Source of the DNA: a virus
Direction: 5' to 3' (one strand)
DNA length: 64,000 nucleotides
Virus record (IMG/VR): IMGVR_UViG_3300025133_000028
Of the stretch, positions 52,255 through 60,490 are shown piece after piece. Position 1 is the stretch's first letter; each line of letters opens with the position of its first letter. The notes under the pieces are model-generated. The model did not search any database. It was not told the origin of the DNA and saw only the letters and a program-made list of their open reading frames with translations. Position numbers and translations under genes: made by a program.

Positions 52255-53415
52255 CTATCGGTCTCCGTTTGTTTTAATGTCACCTTCAACCATTATTTTA
52301 ACAAGTTCTTTAAAGTCTATCTGTGGTTCCCATCCAAGCTGTGTTTTTATTTTATTAGGACTACCACACAAATAATTTACTTCTGCGGGTCTTTTAAGAC
52401 CGTCGTCAATAACCACGTAATCTTCCCAATTGTCAATTCCGATACACTTAAAAGCCTCTGCTACAAATTCCCCAACTGTATGTGTTTCGCCAGTAGCAAC
52501 TAAATAATCTTCTGGCTTATCTTGTTCCATCATCAGGCTCATAGCTCTAACGTAGTCTTTAGCATGTCCCCAATCTCGTTTGGCGTATAAATTGCCTAAC
52601 CGAAGTTTTGGACACTTTGTAGACATAAATTCTCCACCAGGAGGAAATACATCATTATTTGTAAGAACCAAATCTTTATAACTTACGTTTTGCATATCAA
52701 ACCAGTGTTTAAATCTACCAATCCATTTAGTAACCTTACGAGTAACAAAGTTCTCACCACGACGTTCACTCTCGTGATTAAACAAAATCCCAGATACACA
52801 ATACATACCATAAGATTGTCTATACAAATTAACTAGATTATGTCCTACTAATTTGGCTATAGCGTATGGTGATTGTGGAACCATCTTTGTGTTTTCGTCT
52901 TGATATTTTTTACCATTATAAGCAATAATACTTCTGCTTAATTTACTATACGTTGGTTCTCTATCAAACTGGTCGCCAAACATCTCACTAGAAGAAGCCT
53001 GATAAAATCTTGGAAAACCGTTATCTTTATGTATTCTAATAGCCTCAAGGATATTAAGAACACCCTTTCCGGTAACATCAAGAGTATGGATAGGCTGATG
53101 AAAAGAAGTTGCTACATGACTTTGTGCAGCAAGATTAAATACAATTTCGGGATTATACTTACTAATTACAGAATGCACAGAAGCAAAATCTGTAATATCA
53201 CACTCAACTAGCGTAAATCTATTGTTCGCTAGGACGTGTTTAATACGTTGTGTATTATCTGTACTGTTACGACGGGCACAACCCACCACTTCAATACCTC
53301 TGTCAAGATAAAGTTCAGTTAAGTAAGAACCATCTTGTCCTGTCGCTCCAAAAATCAATACTCTATTTGGATTGAATTTCGAGAGATTTTTTGACTTTTT
53401 CTGCATTTTCTGCAT
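52255..53415 (-). CDS. gmd: GDP-mannose 4,6-dehydratase
   Basis: 'GATGQDGSYL', 'NLAAQSHV..SF', 'YQASSSEMFG', 'P.SPYA.AK', 'GILFNHES.RRG.NFVTRK', 'LGNL.AKRDWGHA.DYV'. Confidence 0.96.
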   Translation of the reverse strand: MQKMQKKSKNLSKFNPNRVLIFGATGQDGSYLTELYLDRGIEVVGCARRNSTDNTQRIKHVLANNRFTLVECDITDFASVHSVISKYNPEIVFNLAAQSHVATSFHQPIHTLDVTGKGVLNILEAIRIHKDNGFPRFYQASSSEMFGDQFDREPTYSKLSRSIIAYNGKKYQDENTKMVPQSPYAIAKLVGHNLVNLYRQSYGMYCVSGILFNHESERRGENFVTRKVTKWIGRFKHWFDMQNVSYKDLVLTNNDVFPPGGEFMSTKCPKLRLGNLYAKRDWGHAKDYVRAMSLMMEQDKPEDYLVATGETHTVGEFVAEAFKCIGIDNWEDYVVIDDGLKRPAEVNYLCGSPNKIKTQLGWEPQIDFKELVKIMVEGDIKTNGDR

Positions 53416-54232
53416 GTTCCTTATCCACGTCTTCTGGAATTAAAAATGGTTTATCTAATTCACCGTCCTCAAACTTATGATATTCTGATAAACGTATCTG
53501 TTCTACTTCTGTAGCCAGTCTCATTTTTTCCATACGAACACCAAGCTGTTTCCTAACTTCTACGTTTGATAAAACTTCCGTAATCCAACCAGCAAAAGAC
53601 TTTTTACTATCTTCAAGCTGTTTAACTCTTTGGTCACGGGTAGCTTTCAAAGCTTGTAGCATCTTATTCTTTTTGTCAAGCATATCACGAAAATCTTTAT
53701 TTAGAGATTCTTTTTGTGAATATGCTATTGCTATTTTTTCTTCAAGTAAGACTAATTCGTCAATAGGTGCTCCTTGTTTTTTAAGCTTGTCTAACTCTTG
53801 TTCCCACTCTACTATCTTTTGGAATAACTGACGTTCTCCAGCTAATGCTCTACTCATAAGTAGTTCTAGCTTGATAGCGTCAGCAATTTGCCATTCTTCC
53901 GTATGAAATACGTCATCTCTGAACTGACTAATAATTTGACCCCAGTGATGTAGAAACATGTCTAATTCCTTGGGAGTAAACTGATTTTTCAATTCTTGCC
54001 AAACAGGACTCTTACGAATATCATATTCCGCAATCAAAACAGCCTGTCTAGCCACTTTAGGTACTTTGCCTAGTTTAGCTTGAATAAATCGCTTTACAGT
54101 TTTAGCATTCCTTTTCAAGTGGTCTGCCATTTCTTCCGGTGTGTATTCATCGCAATTATCGGCAATATACTCTTTTTCTACTTTACTTAAGGGACCACTC
54201 TTCTGTCCCTTCTGATTGCCCGCAGTGCTCAT
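53363..54232 (-). CDS. HTH plus coiled-coil protein; candidate small terminase
   Basis: N-terminal HTH 'EMADHLKRNAKTVKRF' and long coiled coil; upstream of terL. Confidence 0.4.
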   Translation of the reverse strand: MSTAGNQKGQKSGPLSKVEKEYIADNCDEYTPEEMADHLKRNAKTVKRFIQAKLGKVPKVARQAVLIAEYDIRKSPVWQELKNQFTPKELDMFLHHWGQIISQFRDDVFHTEEWQIADAIKLELLMSRALAGERQLFQKIVEWEQELDKLKKQGAPIDELVLLEEKIAIAYSQKESLNKDFRDMLDKKNKMLQALKATRDQRVKQLEDSKKSFAGWITEVLSNVEVRKQLGVRMEKMRLATEVEQIRLSEYHKFEDGELDKPFLIPEDVDKEHAENAEKVKKSLEIQSK

Positions 54233-54785
54233 GTAAAATCTCCACTATGGCTTCTTCAACCTTTCGTCTTTTATGACTTGGTACTTGAACACCATCTAGC
54301 ATTTTAAGATAATCAGCACGCAATACTACATCTAAATGTTGATTAACTATTTCTAATATTTCTACCATTTCAAGATTTAATGTGATATCAAAATCGTATC
54401 GCATACCAGATTCTTGTTCGTCCTGTACATCTCCTAAACCTATTGGTTCCATTATATTCTTTTTTGCATCAATCCGCAATTGTCGCTTTTCACAATAGTC
54501 ACATTGTTCTCCACTATTATTACAGTGTGAACACTCATAACTAAATCTAGCAAAATTATCTCTTTTAAAAGTATATAGTCTATTCCTCATGTGAACAGAC
54601 AAGAAATTTTCAAGCGGCCTATTACTATCGTGTCTTTCAAGACCATCCATACCTATTAAAAAAGCCTCTTGTTCAATATCATAAACATCAAAATGACCAA
54701 AAGTAAACTTAGGAGCAAGACGTTTAGCTATTTTTTGTATTATTGCTACAACTTCTTCCTGTGTCATACCTTCTGGTATTTTCAT
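54183..54785 (-). CDS. Phage-encoded sigma70-family factor (putative late sigma)
   Basis: Region-2 pattern 'DIEQEAFL...L.R.D..RPLENFL..H.RNRL..F.RD'; inserted CxxC-x6-CxxC. Confidence 0.65.
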   Translation of the reverse strand: MKIPEGMTQEEVVAIIQKIAKRLAPKFTFGHFDVYDIEQEAFLIGMDGLERHDSNRPLENFLSVHMRNRLYTFKRDNFARFSYECSHCNNSGEQCDYCEKRQLRIDAKKNIMEPIGLGDVQDEQESGMRYDFDITLNLEMVEILEIVNQHLDVVLRADYLKMLDGVQVPSHKRRKVEEAIVEILHEHCGQSEGTEEWSLK

Positions 54786-54934
54786 TTTTCTTGATGTTTC
54801 TCCTTTTCTTTCTTTAAAAGAGCCTCCGTAACCTCTGGTTTTGGGTCTGGAATTTGTAGTTCTTTATTAACTTCGTCAGTTAATTTAGCGTGTGCTTTCA
54901 CAACAAGACTGCTGTGTACTTTATCATTACTCAT
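54782..54934 (-). CDS. Small hypothetical protein (50 aa, not in ORF track)
   Basis: RBS AGGAGA, ATG 54934, ATGA overlap with the sigma gene start. Confidence 0.6.
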   Translation of the reverse strand: MSNDKVHSSLVVKAHAKLTDEVNKELQIPDPKPEVTEALLKKEKEKHQEK

Positions 54935-55219
54935 ATTTTTCTCCTATTTTTAAAAGAATCGCCTATTGTACTATACACGGTTTTTAAATATAATTCTTAC
55001 CCAAAATCCCAAAAGTATACAAAAAACATGTAAAAAAACACCAATTTTCGTAAAATACTTTAAGAAAAAAATAATATCGGATTTTATCCAGACATTCCTC
55101 AGTACCCTCCCACAGTGCCAAGTATTACTGCAAATCCCGCAATATAATATTTCTCCTTGAAGTAATTTCCCCGAAAAACTTGGATTTTTGGTTATTTTTA
55201 TAATTTTTGGATTTTCTCT

Positions 55220-55247
55220 TTGACAGCGGGAGTAATTTCCGTACTAT
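55220..55247 (+). promoter_or_regulatory. Sigma70-type promoter (divergent arm)
   Basis: TTGACA-N16-TACTAT; a second TTGACA-N17-TATGTT lies at 55371-55399. Confidence 0.55.
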
Positions 55248-55503
55248 TAAAGAAAAAGAAGAGTGTTTGTGAGTAAAGCGCAGTTTGAGGAACGAAAACA
55301 AGCTTTGCTCTAAATAAAAAGAATCAAATGAATCAAAACGAATCATAAAGAACAAAAAGTCGCTGTTTCCTTGACATCTTCCTTCCTATAGGGTATGTTG
55401 TGTCGGACAGAGACTTTTTTTATTGGATAAAATGCGGGATTTACTCAGATAAATCTGAGAACGAAGTCAGAATTTTTTAATGTAAGTTTAGAAAGGATGT
55501 GTA

Positions 55504-55764
55504 ATGACTAGGTATCGTATATGTCGGGGTGGGATGTTTAATGGTAAGCCAGACCTGATGGTAGATTACGACGGTGACCCTCCTTGCTTGTTTTGTAATG
55601 AGCCGGTGACCAGTCCGAGTACTGATGGACCTTTGATTTGTGGGTGGTGTGACTGTGGTGGCAATAGAGATGGTACTAATTGGACATCAGAACAAAGAGA
55701 AGAAAGATGGGCCAATCGCATAAAGAGGACTGACGAAATAAAAAATTTGGATATAAACCTATGA
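55504..55764 (+). CDS. Small Zn-ribbon-like hypothetical protein
   Basis: RBS AAGGA; CxxC...CxxC motifs. Confidence 0.55.
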   Translation: MTRYRICRGGMFNGKPDLMVDYDGDPPCLFCNEPVTSPSTDGPLICGWCDCGGNRDGTNWTSEQREERWANRIKRTDEIKNLDINL

Positions 55765-55872
55765 TAATCGGGACTTTTTCTATACCTTTTGGTGTGGCTT
55801 GTGTATCCTGTTATGTTTTTTACATAGTAGTAAAAATTTGGATGTATTCTAAAGAAAGGTTGGATAAGTAAT

Positions 55873-56091
55873 ATGAAAGAATTTTGGAAAGTATTTGGAC
55901 TAATGTTACTTAGTTTGTTGCTCTCTGGTATTATGGCAACATTTTGGATTGGAATATTTGCATTAGCATTCTTTTATCCGTGGATTGGAGTTCCTGTGTG
56001 TGTTGTAGTCTTAGTGTCTATTACGGCGAGTTTGGCATGGTGGGAATCTAGTCTAATAAGAAAAAGAAATGAAAAACAAAACAAAATTTAA
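55873..56091 (+). CDS. Small membrane protein (2 TM)
   Basis: Two hydrophobic helices and a basic C-terminal tail. Confidence 0.6.
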   Translation: MKEFWKVFGLMLLSLLLSGIMATFWIGIFALAFFYPWIGVPVCVVVLVSITASLAWWESSLIRKRNEKQNKI

Positions 56092-56251
56092 TTGGCAATG
56101 CTGTTATTGTGGAAAACGTAATATATCCACATACAAGTTCCAGTTTAATATGCCACAAATATATACTAACGAAGTATATTGTTGTAAATGTGGTAAAGAA
56201 AACGAATTGGTATTTTCACTATCTGTTCGTAAGAGAGTAAAATATGAGTAA
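56069..56251 (+). CDS. Small Zn-ribbon protein
   Basis: 'CCYCGK...CCKCGK'. Confidence 0.6.
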   Translation: MKNKTKFNWQCCYCGKRNISTYKFQFNMPQIYTNEVYCCKCGKENELVFSLSVRKRVKYE

Positions 56252-56489
56252 TTCAAAAGCAGATTTTTATAGAGAATTCGCGGATTTACTAGAAAAATAC
56301 GAAGTCGAGCTATATGGCACGGAAACAGAACATGCTTACGGATTGCATCGTGGAATAATATGTATAGATTTTTTGACAGAACCACACGACGAAACATTAC
56401 TATATATTGACGCAGATACTTTAAGAGAAAAATATCAAATGGAAATAGACTTAGAACCGTATATTAGAAAGATGAATAATGACAATTAA
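56244..56489 (+). CDS. Hypothetical protein
   Basis: Coupled ORF. Confidence 0.55.
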   Translation: MSNSKADFYREFADLLEKYEVELYGTETEHAYGLHRGIICIDFLTEPHDETLLYIDADTLREKYQMEIDLEPYIRKMNNDN

Positions 56490-57240
56490 GATTGCAAAAC
56501 TTATACATGGCGACTGTTTAAAAAAAATGCTGGAACTGCCAGAAAATTCTGTGGATATGATTTTAGCAGACCCACCATATGGGACAACTGCTTGTAAATG
56601 GGATGCTGTAATAGATTTAAAAAAAATGTGGGATTGTATTAATTTTGTAACTAAAAAAAATATTGCTATTGTGTTATTTTGTCAGCAACCATTTACAAGT
56701 CGTCTGATATCTTCTAATTATAATATGTATAAGTATATGTGGTATTGGAGAAAAAACAGACCATCTGGATTTGTTAACGCAAAACTTAAGCCTTTAAAAG
56801 ACATTGAAGAAATTGTTGTGTTTTCTAATGGAACAACAGCAAACGGTAGTGATAAAAATATGCCCTATTTTCCACAAGGGCTTAAGGAAGTGAACAAAAG
56901 TTGGTCTAGACCAAAAAGATATGGAGATGGAAAAGGAGTAAATTGTTCTAGAAAAACACACAAACTTAAAAGAACAATTAAATACGAGAATTATCCTAGA
57001 CAAGTATTAGATTATAATAAACACAACAAAAAATTATTGCATCCAACTCAAAAACCAATACCATTATTGCAATATTTAATTAAAACTTACACAAATGAAA
57101 ATGATACTGTTTTGGATTTTTGTTTTGGCTCGTGTTCCACAGGTGTTGCTTGCAAAAAAACGAACAGAAATTTTATAGGAATAGAAAAAGACGAACAATA
57201 TTTTAATATTGGTACAGAAAGATTACAAAATGACAACTAG
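56479..57240 (+). CDS. DNA methyltransferase (N6A/N4C, beta class)
   Basis: 'GDCL', 'DPPYG', 'HPTQKP', 'VLDFCFGS.STG', 'FIGIEKD'. Confidence 0.93.
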   Translation: MTIKIAKLIHGDCLKKMLELPENSVDMILADPPYGTTACKWDAVIDLKKMWDCINFVTKKNIAIVLFCQQPFTSRLISSNYNMYKYMWYWRKNRPSGFVNAKLKPLKDIEEIVVFSNGTTANGSDKNMPYFPQGLKEVNKSWSRPKRYGDGKGVNCSRKTHKLKRTIKYENYPRQVLDYNKHNKKLLHPTQKPIPLLQYLIKTYTNENDTVLDFCFGSCSTGVACKKTNRNFIGIEKDEQYFNIGTERLQNDN

Positions 57241-57940
57241 GATTACGTGTATTAGTGATTTACACGGGTTTACTCCGGTAATTCCCGAAACTGACATTCT
57301 ACTTATAGGTGGGGATATAGCCTTACGTAATGGCCGTAAGAACCAACGTCGTGAATGGAGGCGTAAGTATTTACCGTGGCTACGTGAGGTTCCCGCTACT
57401 CATATCGTATTTGTTGGCGGTAACCACGATTGGCTTTTAGCAGACAAGAACTTTAAAGACGCATTAATCCCGCAACTACCAAGTAATGCTTTTTACCTTG
57501 AAGATTCTAGTATATCTCTCCATACTGACAATGGGAGTTTGTTAATATATGGTACTCCATGGCAAACCCCGTATGGTTCGTGGGCATTTATGAAACCAGA
57601 AAAGGAACTTGTAGAAACTTTTAATGAAATTCGTCCAGATGCAGAAATTTTGTTGTGTCACTCTCCTCCTTGGGGTATATTAGACGAAGTACCAGGAAGA
57701 GGACCGCAAGGTTCCGTAGCTTTGGCTAATCGTATTGTGGATTTGCCAAATCTGAAACTATGTGTGTTTGGCCATATTCACGAAGGGTGGGGATGGGTTC
57801 TTAAGCAAGATACAGTATTTGTTAATAGTCCTATACGAGATTGTAGGTATAATATTAACGAAAACATGCATACTGTGGTACTTGAAGGAAAAAATGTAGT
57901 AGATGTACAATTGAATAAAATTGCGGAATTTACTAGTTAA
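57230..57940 (+). CDS. Calcineurin-like metallophosphoesterase
   Basis: 'SDLHG', 'GGDI', 'GGNHD', 'HSPP', 'FGHIHE'. Confidence 0.92.
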   Translation: MTTRITCISDLHGFTPVIPETDILLIGGDIALRNGRKNQRREWRRKYLPWLREVPATHIVFVGGNHDWLLADKNFKDALIPQLPSNAFYLEDSSISLHTDNGSLLIYGTPWQTPYGSWAFMKPEKELVETFNEIRPDAEILLCHSPPWGILDEVPGRGPQGSVALANRIVDLPNLKLCVFGHIHEGWGWVLKQDTVFVNSPIRDCRYNINENMHTVVLEGKNVVDVQLNKIAEFTS

Positions 57941-57949
57941 AGAAGGATT

Positions 57950-58288
57950 ATGATGGGTAAAATTAACAAAATAATACTTGGTGATTGTCAAGAAATTTTA
58001 AAAACATTTGATAAAAACGGTGGCGAACTTATTATGTATAAGTATTTGTATAAACGCAAAGGCAAAATACTGTCTCCGTATTATAATATGACATGGCGGG
58101 TTGGAAAGGTGAATAAATCCGATGTTCATACGAGAGATAGTGTACATGGCACAAAAGTTGAGGAAGGACTCCACGGGTATGTAGTTTGTTCGTTTTATGA
58201 TATATGGCTAAACGGACTATGGGCAGAGCCATATGGTGTGTTGGTAAAGAAAGAAGACTTTGCACAGGAGAAAAAATATGGAAGATAA
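57950..58288 (+). CDS. Hypothetical protein with a methyltransferase-like N-terminal remnant
   Basis: 'INKIILGDCQEILK' N-terminus followed by unrelated sequence. Confidence 0.45.
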   Translation: MMGKINKIILGDCQEILKTFDKNGGELIMYKYLYKRKGKILSPYYNMTWRVGKVNKSDVHTRDSVHGTKVEEGLHGYVVCSFYDIWLNGLWAEPYGVLVKKEDFAQEKKYGR

Positions 58289-58463
58289 AATAGGGATGTA
58301 CTTTTTGTGTCTGACTGTTTTGTTTTGTGTGGGTGGCTCATTTGAGATTCCTGTCTTAACCATTTGTGCTATTTTTGGCTTTACTATATACGGTATGTAT
58401 CATGGTACGTGGTGCTTAATTAATATAGTGATTGACTCGCTTATTAAAGGCAGAGAGTCATAG
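58278..58463 (+). CDS. Small membrane protein
   Basis: RBS AGGAGA before ATG 58278; hydrophobic. Confidence 0.5.
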   Translation: MEDKIGMYFLCLTVLFCVGGSFEIPVLTICAIFGFTIYGMYHGTWCLINIVIDSLIKGRES

Positions 58464-58616
58464 CGACCTACAGTCGAGAACATAAAGGAAAATAATGTAT
58501 AAATTATGATGCTGTTTGCGATTGGTGTGCCTGTGGGAATATATACGATATCGATAATACTCGCACGAACGCACAGAAAAGTCCGATGCTGTCGCACGAC
58601 TTTTACAGAGAAGTCC

Positions 58617-58717
58617 GAGTTTTGAAAATTGGGGGCCGGATTTTTTTTGCGACTTGCAGTCGAGTTTTGGAATTGGTAACACCTGAGTTTTAGAAATCGG
58701 GGGCCGGATTTTTTTTG
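58617..58717 (+). repeat. Direct repeat GAGTTTT..AAAT.GGGGGCCGGATTTTTTTTG (2 copies)
   Basis: Cores at 58631-58649 and 58699-58717. Confidence 0.85.
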
Positions 58718-58840
58718 AAATGGAGGATTTCAGCAACGTATGGTATTTGATAAATATTGGGCGTATTTTTTATGGACCCCGTCAAAAAGATATGCCATAA
58801 ACTCCATAGGCTATATCACAAATAGAATGGGTAGGGTATC

Positions 58841-59698
58841 TTTGGCACGGAATTTGCTACGCAAATAGCATGCCAAATAGCAACTAAATTCTGTCTCAAA
58901 ATGAGACGCTAATTCCCACAATCCGCATAGGGATTCTAGCCTATCGGCGCGGTGCGAATATGCACAATCCCCATAGGGGTTCTATCTTGTGTGCGTATAC
59001 GCACACTCATAACCAGTGAGAATATGCACAATCCCCATGGCAATTCTGGCAGTTGGCGCGTAGCAAATTCCGTGCCAAACTATATGCCACAAACCCTATG
59101 GCAATTGTGATTTAGGCCAAATCGGCCATTTTTGTATCCTCTGTGAGTCTCTGTGCGGCCCGCTAACGAGCGCAACAGGTTAGGGGTATCCTAGGTCAAA
59201 ACGTGTTTTTCCACCCCTATGGGGGGTGTGGTTACCTATCTTACCATACTTGCCTATATTAACAAAAATCTCATTATGAGATTCAGTTTGGCACGATAGT
59301 TGCTTGTGCATATACGCACACTCACAGCACAAAACGCGCACATACGCACCCCCTCTATTGGGGAATTGGAACAAACCCTATGCGGAATATGCGGAATAGG
59401 CATTCGACCACTAGTGTTCATTTGTTCAAATTGTCATTTTGTAAGTGTGCGGCGCGCCGTTTGCTATGCACACTTCAAACGCACACTTCGTTATAACCCT
59501 ATGGTATATATAGACTTAGGGAGTGTCATTTTCGCACACTAGTGTGCATTCCGCAACGTGTTGATACATATAGACTTAGGTCAAATAGGCGTGCATATAC
59601 GCACACTCGGCCCGCTATGTGAGAATGGACCAAATAGCGTAACATGTTGATACATATAGACTTAGGAGAATCCTATTCTGTTTGGCACACGATATGCT
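58841..59698. promoter_or_regulatory. Cluster of six sigma54 (RpoN) -24/-12 elements with enhancer-like palindromes and IHF sites
   Basis: GG-N10-GC boxes: 58843-58858(+) TGGCACGGAATTTGCT, 58860-58875(-) TGGCATGCTATTTGCG, 59062-59077(-) TGGCACGGAATTTGCT, 59289-59304(+) TGGCACGATAGTTGCT, 59450-59465(+) CGGCGCGCCGTTTGCT, 59683-59698(+) TGGCACACGATATGCT. Confidence 0.75.
59554..59652 (-). promoter_or_regulatory. Two consensus IHF sites (WATCAANNNNTTR) inside a direct repeat
   Basis: TATCAACACGTTG (59554-59566, -) and TATCAACATGTTA (59640-59652, -), each overlapping TGTTGATACATATAGACTTAGG. Confidence 0.7.
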
Positions 59699-59708
59699 AC
59701 TTGGTTCT

Positions 59709-59930
59709 AACCGGCGTTGCCCTACGGCGACGAGGGCGGCTAGATACGGGCAGTATCACGCAACACCGCCAATCGCTCCTTGACAATTCGGTAGAACGCT
59801 AGGTGGTGACATCCGTAGAATGGACTGCGGACCTACCATATGCAACGGATTAGACTCTGTGCAGAACGGCCCGTAGGCGTCCTCTGTGGACGCATAGCGG
59901 GCTGTTTAGCGTATGGTCCAGTCCAAACCA
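59709..59930 (+). ncRNA. Structured 5' leader/ncRNA downstream of the last sigma54 box, with boxA-like motif
   Basis: Nested helices 59712-20/59760-68, 59743-47/59753-57, 59821-27/59919-25, 59835-43/59909-17, 59865-73/59898-906, 59877-82/59888-93; CGCTCCTTGACAA at 59774-59786. Confidence 0.6.
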
Positions 59931-59941
59931 AGGAGCATAGC

Positions 59942-60118
59942 ATGGAACCAGTACTAGTAACCCGCGAGCAATACGATTGGTTGGTTCAAAACCATTCTAG
60001 TTGGATGTTACACGATTGGTTAAGATTCAATCGGGAATGGCGCCTGTCGGGAGTAAAGTGTTACGGTTCGTTTTCAATGTTGGTTGAGCTACGATTTAAG
60101 CTTCGCCAGTTTAGTTAA
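59942..60118 (+). CDS. Small putative early protein
   Basis: RBS AAGGAG before ATG 59942; the ORF-track start 59840 lies inside the structured leader. Confidence 0.6.
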   Translation: MEPVLVTREQYDWLVQNHSSWMLHDWLRFNREWRLSGVKCYGSFSMLVELRFKLRQFS

Positions 60119-60203
60119 CCCCAAATTTCCTAAACAGCCTACTTTAACAGAGTAGGTTGATTTGGCAGTTTAGGTAACTTGCACAGTCTACGGAGATTAG
60201 ACA

Positions 60204-60392
60204 ATGCTGGAAAGCTTGCTAAACAGAGTAGTTTGGGACAAATGGGAAGTTTTTGACCCCCAAACTGGTCTACCTATCGTCCGCCTACCCGCCAAACATT
60301 TGGCAGTTTGGGTAGCATGGGCAATGAAGGCAAAATGGACCGTTTGCGGTCAAGGCGTGTTTTTGGCAAAATGGGAAGTTTACACAAGGTGA
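60204..60392 (+). CDS. Small putative early protein
   Basis: Shared leader CTACGGAG..TAG..ATG. Confidence 0.6.
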   Translation: MLESLLNRVVWDKWEVFDPQTGLPIVRLPAKHLAVWVAWAMKAKWTVCGQGVFLAKWEVYTR

Positions 60393-60490
60393 ATTCCCGA
60401 TACCGCTTATCTTGATAAGATAGGCGATTTCGGTAGTTTACGCCATTCTGGCGATTTGAGTAGTTAACACAATTTACGGAGTCTAGTGAA

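Noticed and set aside
58841-59079. 22-bp perfect inverted repeat as transposon/MITE ends or an invertible switch
   Set aside because: No target-site duplication, transposase or invertase seen, and the repeat coincides with the sigma54 consensus; inversion cannot be fully excluded without reads
59180-59542. ORFs 59180-59374(-) and 59300-59542(+)
   Set aside because: No RBS and composed of regulatory repeats; treated as non-coding
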